A DNA stretch of 44,072 bases, filler included, from Jimgerdemannia flammicorona (Eukaryota), in assembly GCA_003990765.1 (NCBI GenBank). It is 2 parts of 2 records of this genome, joined end to end, with 100 filler letters (N's around TTAATTAATTAA, not from the genome) between each part and the next. Parts side by side here need not be neighbours in the genome. Positions count along the whole stretch, not along the records: positions 1 to 21,993 come from RBNJ01001352.1; 1 more part is not named here. One strand, 5' to 3'. The notes under the pieces were generated by a model, which saw only the letters and a list, made by a program, of their open reading frames with translations, was not told the DNA's origin and made no database searches. The translations under genes were made by a program, and so were the position numbers. How positions within the stretch are numbered: position 1 is the stretch's first letter; every line of letters starts with the position of its first letter. Below, one piece after another: positions 1 to 12,634 of this stretch.

Positions 1-15
1 AAAAAAAAAAAAAAA

Positions 16-338
16 TTCTATAGATGCTAAAAATCCTTATAATTACTAAAGATTCTGCAGATATTGAAAAAATATAATACTTGTAAAAAGTGACTCATAA
101 CTCAGCCACCTTATAGCTAGCAAACTTGTATAAATATTTCAGTATTTAGAGTGAATAAACCTCAGATTGAAATAATTCAAAGCAAAGAGAAAGTAAGAGA
201 ACTAGTAAGCCTGCAGACAGATATACTTTGAACTCACCCACCTCTATATTCTGAGAACTCTGTAGAGTTAAAGAAGATTAAGTTTTCAAGATATAGAAAT
301 CCAATATACTTACATAGTTATGTATCTACTATATTACA
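16..338 (+). repeat. 5' LTR of element A (5' part missing, preceded by a poly(A) at the window edge)
   Basis: Aligns to ~9586-9906 with mainly transition differences. Ends TATTACA; contains TATAAATA and GAATAAA. Confidence 0.9.
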
Positions 339-341
339 ACT

Positions 342-359
342 TAGTATCTATTAGCTGGT
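342..359 (+). other. Primer-binding site of element A (mutated)
   Basis: TAGTATCTATTAGCTGGT starts 3 nt after the LTR-terminal CA. It equals element B's TGGTGCCCATTGGCTGGT after C>T/G>A changes. Confidence 0.75.
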
Positions 360-454
360 GATTTAAGATGAATCTTACTTTTAAGCTAAAAAATAAACAA
401 CTACTACTGTCTGATTTTGAAGATATATAGATCATCATACAGACTATCATATAG

Positions 455-1005
455 TATTCATCTCTATACTATCTGCTGTTAATTGGTTGTTTCAGTTATT
501 AGTTTCATTTTTATGAATTATTGATATTGAATAATAGATACTCTGTAAAGAACTATATCATTGAGTTAATAGCTAAGTTGCTCCTTAGTTTAAGAGATAA
601 TATTATAAGAATTAATTACTAAATATGCTGAATAAACTACTATAAAAATAGACTACTGTATGAATACTTAAAGAAAATAACATATGGACTACTATATGGA
701 CTATTATCTGATTTTTGAAGACATTATTTATCTCTATACCATCTGTTATTAATTAGTTATTCCAGTTGTCAGTATTATTTTTGTGAACCATCAGTATTGA
801 ACAATAAACACTCTGAAAGAATATATTATTAAGTTAATAGTCAGATCACTTCTTAGTTTGAGAGACAATATTATAAGAATTAATTACTGAATATACTAAA
901 TAAACCACTATGTGAATAGACTGCTATATAGACTACTATACAGACTACTATCTAAAGAAAACAATATATAGACTACTGTATGGATCATTGCTACCTAATT
1001 TTGAA
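455..1005. repeat. ~270-bp tandem duplication inside element A
   Basis: ~455-722 and ~723-1005 share TCTCTATAC...ATTATAAGAATTAATTACT...GACTACT...TTTTGAAGA. Confidence 0.8.
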
Positions 1006-1029
1006 GAAGACAAACAAACTACTATATAG

Positions 1030-1298
1030 ATAAATTACCATAGGGAATTAAAAGATATCATATATAAACTATTTAAGATAATATATAAATGAACTACTAT
1101 AGAGAATTAAAAGATATCATATATAAACTACCTGAGATATATAATATATAAATAGACTATTATAGAGAATTAAAAGACATCATATATGAACTATTCAAGA
1201 TAATATATAAATGAACTACTATAGAGAATTAAAAGACATCATATATGAACTGCCCAAGATGACATATAAATAGACTACTATAGAGAATAAAAGATACT
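1030..1298. repeat. ~59-bp tandem repeat, about 4.5 units
   Basis: GAAT(T)AAAAGA recurs at 1045, 1104, 1167, 1226 and 1285. Confidence 0.85.
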
Positions 1299-1790
1299 AT
1301 TATCTGACTTTTGATAATATATAAATTATTATCTAAGTTAATTATTTGAAGAACACTGCCTGTTATATACTAAACTACCCTACTTTTGACTACAGATTTA
1401 TTAAAGAATTCTCTAACATTATAGACTCAATCTATAAACTCAACAAAAAAGATATCAAGTTCTGATAGATTGGTAGGCAATAAAAAGTATATGATGAACT
1501 CAAGATCAAACTGACCCAAGCACCCATTCTCAGAAGACCTGATTAGACTCAAGAATTCATCTTTTAGATAGATGTAAGTATATAAGAACTAGGAGCAGTT
1601 CTGGCTCAGAAGAAAGATAAAGTAGAATATATTATTACATATCTCAGCTAAGGAACTCAAAGAGCTGAAAAGAAGTATAAATCCTATAAGTTGGAATGTC
1701 TTGCAGTTATCTAAGCTATAGAGAAGTTCTACTACTATCTCACTGGAAGATACTTCACTATCCAGACAGACCACTCAGCCCTCACTTAGC

Positions 1791-1851
<61 letters not shown>

Positions 1852-1978
1852 GTTACTTGGACTTCCCTTTATTACCTCAATCTACATTAATAATACAATA
1901 TTACCCCCATCCTCTCACCCAATACCCCTTGGATCCCCCTCAACTCCCTCTACCCCTCTCTGTTAGAATACAACCTAG

Positions 1979-4900
1979 TTACCCACCACCTGGACCCTCC
2001 CTCCACTTTTCTGACACATATACTTCACTAATCTCTGGTATCTACCCCCATCAGGTCCCCACCCCTGCCACTAGCTATTCAAAATGTCCAATAGCAGTCA
2101 TTTCCACTATGCTACTCTATCTCTAATCCCTATCTGCTGACCCTTCCTGAATACATATAACCAATACCTAGCTAGCCCAACCCAAATTACCAGAGCCCAA
2201 CCCAGGGTCAGCCATTTGTCCCCAACCCCCCCCCACTAACCTGCAATGGAGCTCACCCCATCTCCCCCCTTCCCCTCCCACCAGGGCTCGCAGTCCTAGT
2301 CTATCAGCAATGTGGTACCAAAAAACCCCCAGAATGTCATACTCACCAAGCCATGTTCAGATATTTGAATCACTCCCCCTTCCTGTCCAACATCCAAACA
2401 TTCCTCACACTCATACTGGCCATCTGCCACCAAGTGTCCAGACCAAAAGTTCAGCATCACATTCTATCTTAGAAACTACTACCACACCACTCAGAACTTG
2501 GGGAGAGCTACTGCATCATCTGCTTACTCCAAGGCCAAAGCTCATTCCAGTTCCACCCCTTGCTGATCCCCACCCTCTACCATCCAGTAGGTCACAGGTC
2601 CCCCTCTAAGCCCCTCAAGTACTCCATATCATCACCAAGCTAAAAGTCCTCTATCAAGATACCACCTAACAGAAGCCTGTCCCATCTCTACATCTGTGGT
2701 CCCCAATCTCCCTTACCTTCATTGCCCTACCATTGAAGACCAATTCTCTGGGCACCATCTACCACCCCCCACCCAAAGCCCTTATACCACATCCTCTCAC
2801 TCCCATCCAGGGCCACCATTGCAAGCAGGTCACCAGATACACCATGGGGGGAATACTGGGCCTCCCACATCCTTTGCATAAGCAGTACCCACTCTTGTCC
2901 CCTTAACTCACTTGCCCTCTTCAGCCACCACACTTATAGGTAATGAAGACATTTGGGGAAGTCCACCAAGCCCAGTCTGCCACCCTCCACAGGTAGAGTC
3001 AGTACCTCTCATCCAATCTGACTTCACTGCTCTGTCCAGATCTATGTCCTTACCATCTTCAGAAGGTATCTGATCACTCATGCTGGAAAATCCAGATAGT
3101 ACCCCACATACCACAGCTTTGGCAGCCAATATACATTCAGCACCATCACCCTTCCTACCAAGGAAATATGTTGACTGCCCCACCATAAAAGTACATCCCC
3201 CCATACTAGGAGTCACTATTCCCATCAAGCGCAAAGAAGGAGAGACCCATATATAGAGAAGTAAATCCCCAGATAGTGAACAGGATCTCCTGCTGGCACC
3301 ACTATCCCAATCATATTACTACCAACTATACCTCCACCTAACACCATAGTCTCACATTTGTGCCAATTAAGTCTAGCACCAGAGCCTCTCTCATACTATT
3401 CCACAGTCTGCTGTAATTCCTCCACATCTGCCAATGAACCCAATCTAACTACCATATCATCTGCAAAGGTCCCCACCTTCCAATTAATCTCCAGAATATC
3501 TAAACCCCCAATTCGATGTCTGATCCTGTCCAATAGGGGCTCTAAGGAAAGGGCATACAAGATGGGTGACAAGGGATCCCCCTGCAGCACTCCATGACCC
3601 AGAGGGAAAGTGACCCCCCTGTGTCTATTGACCACCAAGACTGTCTGACTGTCCTCCAAAAGTCTGATTAACAACCTCCGGAACCCTGGTAAAATACTCA
3701 CCTACTTCAGCACCCCTTCTAGCCAGATCCTCTACACTCTATCATATGTCTTCTCCTGATCTAGAAATATCAGTCATCCATCAACCCTGGTAACCCGAGC
3801 CCCTTCAATCACTCTATGGACCCAGGCCATCCCATCACGAATCAACTAACCACCAACAAAACCTCTTTGCTCAACTCCCAGCACTTGCTGAGCGATCTCC
3901 CACAGCCTAGCCACCAAGACCTTTGTAACCAGCTTGCAGTCCATATCAAGGAGCATGATCAGATGCCAGTTCTTCTAATCTTCTCTTTACCCCTTATCTT
4001 TAAAGAGCAAAGAGACCAGCCCTAGATGCTGGCCCCCAATCTAAGTTCTAGACCAAAGAACCTCATCACATATCCCTGTCAACTCCTCCAACACTACCTC
4101 CACCCTGGCCATCTTTTTCCAAAAATCCCAGGGAAGGCCATCCTCTCCCAGTGCTGTCCCCTTGCTTGTCGAAGCCAGGACCTTGCAAATCTCCTCTCCT
4201 CTCACTCGGTCCCCCAGAGCCCCTAGACCCATCACTGGGTTCAGATGCTAATCCTCCAACTGCCATTCAATGTTCAAGGTATCTTCACCCCCTTCTTCCT
4301 TACTTCATAGGTCCTCCTAGCAGGATCTTAGCAATCCCAAAATTGCTGGAGTCCCCACTACTATCTCCCCATCCTCATCCAAAACACTATCCCACTGCTG
4401 CTTAGTTCTCTGCACTTGTAACATCCATAATAAAAACCGAGTGGGTTGCCCCCCCTCCTCCAACCCTTGCTACCTTAACCTTGTTACCATCCCCTTCAAT
4501 GTAGCCTCTTCCTCCAACCATAGCACCTCCTTAAGTTTCCTGACCTCTGTTTGAATCCTTACAATATGCCAGTCTATTACATACCTCTCTATCTTCTAGT
4601 ACCCCTGCCCATCTCTCCAGGAGTGTTGCCAGCCTCTGCAAGGCCCAGTGTACTCTCTGCCACCACTAAGCACTCCTCCCTTTCTCTGCCTCCCTCTAAT
4701 ATCCCTGAGCACTTGATTTCAGCCTTCTCCAATGATCCCCAATCACCAGGCCCCACTCCCACCATTGACTGATTTTTCCAATGACCCCCATCTCCCAATC
4801 AGCCCATAAATCGCTATCCTTCAACAAAGAGAAATTGAGCTGCCAATATCTAGGCCCATCCCCACTTCCCCCAAACCTCCCCCCCCCAAGCAAACCTCAG

Positions 4901-5580
4901 TGATCAGATCATGGATACCAAACCACCTCCAGCATAGCCCAGACACCCACTTCCCAGCATTCCACTGTCAGTATCCAGTCAATTCTAGAGCCCAGCCCAG
5001 CCACCCAGTGAGTATAAATTCAACAATCCTCTCAGAACTGTCTCTCTGAGTCCACCAAAGAGCTCAACCTTTCCATCTCCATCCAACCATCCAACCTGCC
5101 ACTTTGACCCTTCATCTCTCTCCCACCATTGGTCTGGTCCATTACATTATCTCTTACTATGTTGAAATCCCCCCCCAGGCATTCAATTTCAGCCTCAACC
5201 ATAACACCAGCCTCTTGCAAATTCCTGATCCAGTCCACCTACTCCCCCCTGTCTGCTAGGTAATAATATGACCCAACCATCAAAGGGCTCCAACCAGGCC
5301 TCTTCTACACTTCCTATACCAACCGACTCCCTCAATGTCCTATATCACCAATGCCCTCCATCCCCTTTCGAACTAGGATACCCACTCACTCAAACTACAC
5401 TGCCACTCTCCCCCACTCTCTAGTCCAATCCAGAAAGTCCACATCTGCCTTATAATGTATATCCTGTAGTAAGAAGAGATCCACATCCAGCCCCTTGAGC
5501 TAACCAAATATAAACCTTTGCCGAGCCACCCCCCTCAACCCATTTATGTTCAAAGAGAATATTTTAGTTATACTATTCAT
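1979..5580 (-). pseudogene. LINE ORF2: APE endonuclease + reverse transcriptase (stops and frameshifts)
   Basis: Motifs MNSITKIFSLNINGL..LQDIH, GGDFN, RIDWIL, SDH, DQEKTYDRV, GVLQGDPLSPILY and FADD. The 3' end is approximate. Confidence 0.92.
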
Positions 5581-7417
5581 ATTGAATAATGTTTGAATGT
5601 GATAACTCAGCCTAGTACTCCATGCTCATCTCATCCCCAGTCAGATCCAATTGCTACTCTGCTTCCAAGTCCCCCTTCACTACAGCCTGAGCATCCAATA
5701 CCTCCAAGATTTCCTGACATTCCACCCCATCCACCACTTCTATCTCTGCCTGATAGTCTGCACAGACCACTCTCCACTTCTCCAATCCCTTCCTTGATCC
5801 CTACAAGTAAGCCACCCTATTATTCACAATCTCCTGGAGTTCCTCCTCTCTCTGATCATCGACCTGATATTCAACTGATTCTAATAGTACTATCAGGATC
5901 TCATTCCTAACCTTTCTTGATACCTCCTCTCCATGAAGAATTTCCTTCCAATGCCTTTCTTCCATAACCTAGAAGTCCTCTCTCCCCAGCTTCTCTGCTG
6001 CCACCTCTTCCAAAGTCTTCTATAGCCACTTCTCCTCATCTACTACCTCCACCATACCCTGGGCAATCTGACCATCTCCCACCCCTAGGTCCACCAAAGT
6101 GCTCCTCCTCACCAACTCATCCCACTCCTTATCTGGGATATCCAGTAACTCCTCCTCACCCTCTGCTCCCTCAGAGACACTATACTGAGGTCAGACTCCT
6201 TTGCTCATCTCTACATCTGCCTCCATACTGCCCTGCATCTCCTCTCTTGGTCTGACCTGGGCCCTATCTCAAGCCATCCCACTTCCTCCCACCCAGTCAC
6301 TCACATGCAATCCTGCTATCCCATTCCCTGTGCTACTGCCAGCCCCACTACCACCCAACTTCGCCAGCAGCTTCTTCTGGATTCTCCTCCCTTGCATCTT
6401 CTCCCAGGTCACCTTGTCCACTCTGGTCCTCTTCCCTTCAATGACTTCCACCACTATCTTCACTTCATACTTCTGCCAAGCCAATCTCCTCCTCTTGACC
6501 ACCCCCTCCAGGTCCTCAAGAGCCTCAAGCAAATCTTTCTCCTCCTCTAGAGACCCCTTCACTCACATGACCTTACACTCTACTAGTCCCTACTTTAGAG
6601 TCACTGGCCAATCCCTTGTCTTTCCCATGTTCTCCTTTCTGGCCAGCCTCACCCAGACATCAATGTCACCAGTCCTGAGCTCCATTCCTTCCCAGACCTT
6701 GAACCTAATATCCACAATCTCCCCATACTCCTTGACCGCCCCCACAATCAGCTCTCTGGCCCTCTCCCTTGACACTATAGGAAGATCCAACACTGTCAAC
6801 TACACCACTTGGGGGTCCCAGCACATACACCTAGCCATAGGGACCACAACTTCACCCACCATCACCCCCTTCTCCATAGCAGCCAACAATGCTTCCTCTT
6901 CCTCAAACTCCACCTCAACTCCTTCTTTCCCCTTCAAAAACTTCACTGATGCTGTCCCCTTCGCCTCCTGTACCACTAGTCTCAAGATCATCCTCACAGT
7001 CATTACCAAGCCCCTGAAGCACATCATGATGGCAAATTCCAACCTAGATTTCTTGAGTAACAGTGCCGACACCATGCCCGTCACCCCATCTGCCAGGTCC
7101 CTGGGCCTCATGCCCACCCTCTGTCCTGATTCATCAACTGCCATCACATCTGGATTTTTTGCCAGATCCCCAGTCACAGCTCCATCAACAGTCACATCAC
7201 CAGCTCCTACTCCCCCCCCTCCCCTACCACTGGACACTCTCCTGGGTACTCCTCTCTGACTTCCAGTAGTAGCTATTGATGCCTTCCCCAGTCCCAGCCA
7301 ACCATCCAGATCTGAGATCATCCTCCTCATCTTGACCTTGTCAGCCAAGGTCAACCTCTCCCCTCCTCACTGTCTCAAGCCACCCCTCCCTCTACCACTA
7401 GTGTCTTGGCCAGCCAT
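5573..7417 (-). pseudogene. LINE ORF1 (gag-like, degenerate)
   Basis: In-frame fragments 6800-7354, 6590-6799 and 6269-6562 are separated by single stops. The final stop overlaps the ORF2 ATG. The start is approximate. Confidence 0.75.
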
Positions 7418-7782
7418 CGAGGCCCCTGGCATCCCCAAACCATCTTCTCTCCTTTCCACCTATTGCCAGCCAAAGGCACCACTGCCCCCCTGGCCAGTAT
7501 GCTCACCAGTTCAATCATTGCCATCTATGTCAATAGTTGTCTGTTATCAAAAATGTTGAAAAAGTATTGTCTGAGTCTTGTGTCACCTGAATGGTACTAG
7601 TGAAAGATGTGTGGCCCTCACTTAGCTACCAACTACTGGGTAACCCAAAGGAATCTATACTAGATAGATTATGAAGTTATAAGCCTATAATATAACTATT
7701 GTACACTACTTTGGAAGAACTAATACCAATATAGATGCTCTCTTATAGATACTTCAAAGGACTTCTAACCAGTAAATCAATC

Positions 7783-8966
7783 ATGAATAAGGAGCTCTAC
7801 TATTGAATTATCATCTATCTGAGATAGTGAAAGATATCCTAACATCTGAAAGAATGAATATAAAAAATTATCAATAGAACATATAAATAATTTAAAACTG
7901 ATAAAGAAATACTGAAAAAAGAAAAACTACTAGTCATACTTAAATATAAAAAGAAGCAAGCAATGAAATCAGTATATGAACTTAGCTATCTAAGAGAAAT
8001 AAATATATATGATAAAGTAAGAAAAACAATACAGTGATCAGAAATAGAGAAAGATATCAGATAATTTATCAAGACCTATAATAAATACCAGAAACAGAAA
8101 CAAGACCAACAAAATCAAGCTCCTGGATTAGTATACATAGAACTAGTACCCTTTGTATATATTGCAATAAATATAATTAGCCCCCTACCCTTGACTTTAA
8201 ATAGCAACTGATATATTATTATTATTATAGACCTTTTCACAAAATAAATAGAGGCAGAACCCCTCAAAGAAGCCAATATATAGTCAATTACCAATTTCTT
8301 TTATAAAAAAATCATCTGCTAATTTACGACTCCAACATAAGTAACAACAGACAGAGGAATAGAATTTATGAATTAGTTCTTTGAGGTTCTCTATAAGAAG
8401 TACAAGATCTAGTATATTTGGACTATAGCCTATTACCCTCAGAAAAATAAATAAGCAGAAAGAACTAATAAAACTCTCAAGAATGTCATCATCAAGATCT
8501 GCAATAATTATGAAAACTGGAACCACTAGCTATCAATAGCATTATCTGCTCTCTAAGATATCTAATTACAAAGTACCTATTTTACCTCTTGGGAGATACT
8601 ATTCAGAGAAGAAAGTTCTCAAGAAATCTTATTGTCCAATAGAGATACTATATAGATATAGAGATATGGAGACTATATCAAATTAGAAAGAAGGCTGAAG
8701 ATTATATAACTAAGATACAGGTACTATAACAGAATAATGTGAAAAAGTTTTATAAGTCTTTAGAGATTATCAAGATAGAAGATAAAGTCTTAATATATCA
8801 GAATATAGTAGAAGCTTTATAGTCATAAAAGCTGGAGCCTAAGTGAGAAAAATCTTACCTTATACAAGATATAAAAGGAACTACCTTTTAGTTATAAAAA
8901 CTTTCAAGTATAATTATCTCCACTACTACTCATCAAAATCAACTCAAGAAATATCATGACCAGTAA
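7783..8966 (+). pseudogene. Integrase of element A (separate ORF)
   Basis: Starts MNKELYY. Shows a degraded HHCC zinc finger, IDLFTKIIEA, TDRGIEF, AERTNKTLK and KLEPK*..NQLKKY. Confidence 0.88.
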
Positions 8967-8974
8967 GCAAAGTA

Positions 8975-9392
8975 ATGACATTGCTCTCAAGATTACCAGT
9001 TACCCAACAAGCCATAGAAAGACAGTAGTATTCTACTGAGTTACTAACTATAGAGAAATCCTTCAATAGTATCCAGAGTATAGTATAGATACATCTATCA
9101 CAAATCTCATATTTTAAGATCTATCAGAACTAAACTGAGTTTTAAAAATACTTCAAGTTAAGATAGCTACCCAGAAATGAAAAAAGAAGATTATATTAGA
9201 GAATGTCAGCTCTCTTATACTCAGATTACTATTGCCAAAAGAGTATATAAGTTATTCAAAGAAGGTGAAACAGCTCTAGCTTATTTCTGAGAAGTAGCTC
9301 TAAGAGACTTTGGGTACATCAAAAGATAATATTGAGAGAACATAATAGCACAAATTATATAGTATAAGGAGATTCAATTGATTGAGGCTTAG
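8975..9392 (+). pseudogene. Accessory ORF between integrase and 3' LTR of element A (unknown function)
   Basis: YPEMKKEDYIRECQLSYTQITIAKRVYKLFKEG..RDF aligns without gaps to the accessory ORF of element B. There is a probable frameshift near 9160. Confidence 0.65.
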
Positions 9393-9441
9393 GAGTTTGA
9401 ATAGAATATTTCAGAGATAAATTACCTATTTAGGAGAAAGT

Positions 9442-9906
9442 TGTGATAGTTGATCCAAATTAGAAACATAAATCAGGAGAATAGATATTTAATTATAGTA
9501 TCTGAATCCAATTTCCAAATATAGTATAGTCTTATAAAAGTAGTCATATTTTGCAAATATAGAAAACTTTAGCAAATACTAAAGATTCTACAGATACTGA
9601 AATTCTTACAATTACTAAAGATTCTGCAGATATTGAAAAAATACAATACTTGTAAAAAGTGACTTATAACTCAACTACCTTATGCTAGCAAACTTGTATA
9701 AATATCTCAGTATCTAGAGTAAATAAACCTCAGATTAAAATAGTTTAAAGTAAAGAGAAAGCAAGAGAACTAGTAAGCCTATAGGCAGATATACTTTAAA
9801 CTCACCCACTCCTATATCTCAAAGACTCTATAGAGTCAAAGAAGATCAAGTTTTCAAAATATAAAAATTCAATATACTTATATAGTTATGTATCTGCTAT
9901 ATTATA
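9442..9906 (+). repeat. 3' LTR of element A (~465 bp)
   Basis: Begins TGTGATAG right after the polypurine tract and ends TATTATA (mutated TATTACA). Confidence 0.88.
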
Positions 9907-10738
9907 ATAGTAACTTTCTCAACTTATAAGGCTATAGTAGTATAAAGATCTTCAATTTTATAGTATTCTTTATTAGTAAGAGTACTGTCTGAGTTATGAT
10001 GATCATTTTATCTATTAGTATAGTAATTGATATCTATTTACTTAATAAATACTATTACTTAATTTGATTTTTCTTTAAATAATATAAGTTAAAGATCTTT
10101 CATTAGTTTATTTACTTTGATATTGAGATGAAGAGCTTAGATAAGAATTATTACTTAATTAATAAGAACTACTATTTTATTATTAATAGAAGTTATTTTA
10201 TTATTCTTATTATAATATAGTAGTAATAGTCTTATTTTAGATATAGTTATTTTAGAGATATTACTAGTATTAGAATATATAGTTACTTTTTCTATAATAT
10301 TACTAAGATAGATAGATAAATTTGATAATTAGGCCATAAGTTAGTAGTCTTAATAGAATTATTGCTAAATTTTCTATAGTAATTTATAATAACTTAATAT
10401 TCTTAATAGTAATTATATAATAGTACTAGAGTTACTAATATTAGATTTTGATATTTCTGTAATTATTTACCTAGATTAGAATAATATAACTAAGGTTTTA
10501 CTAAGTTTAGTAATCTATAATTCTTAGTATTAAATTATTTTTATCTATATAGAAAACTCAGTAATAAAGATAGAATTTTCATTAGTTGGTATAATATTTC
10601 TTATAGTTTAAGAAAATCTTAACTTAGTAATATATAGTTATCTTTAGAGAAGTAATTTGAAAAATATTTACTTATAGCTTTGATAGATTCTTAAATATAT
10701 TTTTCATAAAAGTAACTACTCTAATATCTTTGATATAA

Positions 10739-12325
10739 TATCACATAGTGGTTGCTGAGTTCTTCAAATATATCAGATTCTCTCCAAGGTATATCTTTTA
10801 GACTAATCTCAAGTTTGTTATAAACAAGTTCTTATTGGAGTACTTTTCCAAGATCTTATAGTTCTCAAACTTCTTATCTTTAAACTGTCTTATTATCTCT
10901 TAGATTGCTTATATAGAATTGAGAGTAAGTGAACTAGAACTGAGTTTATTTTAAAAAAAATAAGAGGGGTATTTATATAAAATATAATTTAATAGTTACT
11001 AAGTTATAAAGCTAAATATAAATTCCAATAACTAAATAAAATACTGGAATACAGAAAACTATAGTTGTAAGTACAAGTTTAAGTATCTGTATAAATAGTT
11101 ATACAAGTTTAGAATATGAGTAGAATTTCAGTAGTACAGGAAAAGGATACCAGAAGAATTCTGAGTTATACAAGATCAGAATATCTAGTAGAATCTAGTG
11201 TTACCAAGAACTTAAAGCAGAAAGTTCAGAACTATGAGAGCTTCATCTTTGTCATTATTATCAAGACCAGAGGTCAGAGACAGAATATCTTTGAAGGAGA
11301 TGAGATCTACAAATATTTCATCTATTTCACATATGTTATATATTTTGCATGCTTTGTACATGTCACACAGGATGATGTCATCACCAATGACATCATTATA
11401 AGTGATGTCATCTTATTTGGCAGTAGTAGAGGCTCTCTAATCTATGACATTCTCTTCTACAAAATAAAGAACAAATGTAGGGTCTTGGAGAGGTCTAACC
11501 TGGATACTAGGGCCTTGGAATGCTGAGATCAATCTTTGTATAAATTGATCTGGGTTGTCCTGAAGGATGAGATACTAGAAGTCTTCTACTTCATTACTAT
11601 TGAGGATAATAGTAGACTGAGCCTCTGTAGCCACTATGACCTCCAGTACATTGGTATGGTAGGTGGACAGTTCCTTGAAGTCTGAGATCCTAGTATACTC
11701 TAAGTTGGGGATTGACCATAGTATATGCCAGAAGATCTGATGAATCTTCTTTGCTATCCTTATTTTATGTATATCTATGGAGATAGTATCTTGAATCTCC
11801 TGGAGACTGGCCTGAGGAAACTTCTAACAGAAAAGGTTTCTTATTTCATACTTATGCTATATCCAGAGGTATTCAGTAGCAATGGTAATCCTTATTTCCA
11901 TTTCATAATAGTAGAAGATATAATAATAAGGGTTGTTAGTACCCAAATTGATGCTAGGAGTCCTTATTATGTATGTAAGTCTTCATGGCTCTTCTGATGT
12001 CTTGGAATATTCTTTTCTGGACTGAGGGGCCTTAGTGATTTCTAGACCTTGAGGTTTGACAAGTGGCAGGTATTTGTTTGTAGTAAGTCTTTAAAACTAT
12101 TTCTGTAAGCTTTATTTGAGCTGCTACTACTACAGTTTCTTGATCCTTCTTTTATATTTCTCAAGGTATCTGTCTTGTAGTCATAATGACTCACAGTTAA
12201 TTATTATCACTCATCTTATAGTCTAGATGAGTCATATCATATGATCTTCTTATGCTTCAATCTGATAGCTTATAAGGAAAAGCTGTCTCCTATACTGATG
12301 TTATCATTCTGAAGTCACTATTATA
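10739..12325 (-). repeat. 3' LTR of element B
   Basis: Colinear with 18009-19593. Minus-strand TATA box near 10970 and AATAAA at 10945-10950. Confidence 0.95.
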
Positions 12326-12634
12326 TCTTCCTTCTGAATAAGGATCTTCTTGAATATCCTTATTCATTGGTCCAGTTCTGAAAAATTTACTAATCCCATA
12401 ACCTCTGGCAGGGGGTTGAAAAATGATATTTATGGGCTAGTATCTTCTCTATATATTTTGGCATAATAGTGAAGAGTTGCTCTCTTTATATAGAGCAAGG
12501 ACCTGATTCTGATCTTGATCAATCAGTTGATAGTTTGAACTTCTCTAGCTTTGAAAGTCTCATAGATAAGTAGTTGCTAGTACCATATTCCTTAGAGAAT
12601 GGTCCAGACAGATTGTCTGCTAGTTATGAGACAT
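11413..12634 (-). pseudogene. Accessory ORF of element B spanning the PPT into U3 (up to ~400 codons)
   Basis: The frame is broken only by stops explicable as C>T/G>A, several of which are sense codons in the other LTR copy. One 4-bp indel (11969-11976) makes the N-terminal frame ambiguous. Confidence 0.7.

Larger units (their letters stand above)
1793..7613 (-). mobile_element. Full-length L1-like non-LTR retrotransposon (degenerate)
   Basis: 55-nt poly(A) tail (T-run 1793-1847) with AATAAA just upstream. Exact 15-bp TSD GCCCTCACTTAGCTA at 1778-1792 and 7614-7628. Two ORFs. Confidence 0.95.
1391..7790 (+). pseudogene. RT-connection/RNase H remnant of element A, split by the LINE (1391-1792 + 7629-7790)
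   Basis: Translates RFIKEFS..LTQAPILRRPD*..LGAVLAQ..LECLAVI*AIEKF..FTIQTDHSALT*L, then PKGIYTR*IMKL..GRTNTNIDAL. The frame is seamless once one TSD copy is removed. Confidence 0.9.
16..9906 (+). mobile_element. Ty3/Gypsy LTR retrotransposon A, internally deleted (no gag/PR/RT core), interrupted by a LINE
   Basis: Direct repeats at 16-338 and ~9586-9906. PBS-like site follows the 5' LTR; RNase H and integrase remnants lie inside; purine tract AGGAGAAAG precedes the 3' LTR. Confidence 0.9.

Noticed and set aside
1696..1890. Poly-Phe ORF
   Set aside because: It is a translation of the LINE poly(A) tail.
6201..7259. 352-aa plus-strand ORF, the longest in the track
   Set aside because: It is the antisense shadow of the purine-rich LINE ORF1; S/T/P/L-rich with no motif.
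11116..11997. Plus-strand ORFs in LTR B (also 19012-19293)
   Set aside because: They are antisense to the element and not conserved as open frames of the same extent between LTR copies; the minus-strand frame carries the cross-element homology.
11413..12634. env-like identity for the accessory ORF
   Set aside because: No signal peptide or transmembrane segment is visible.
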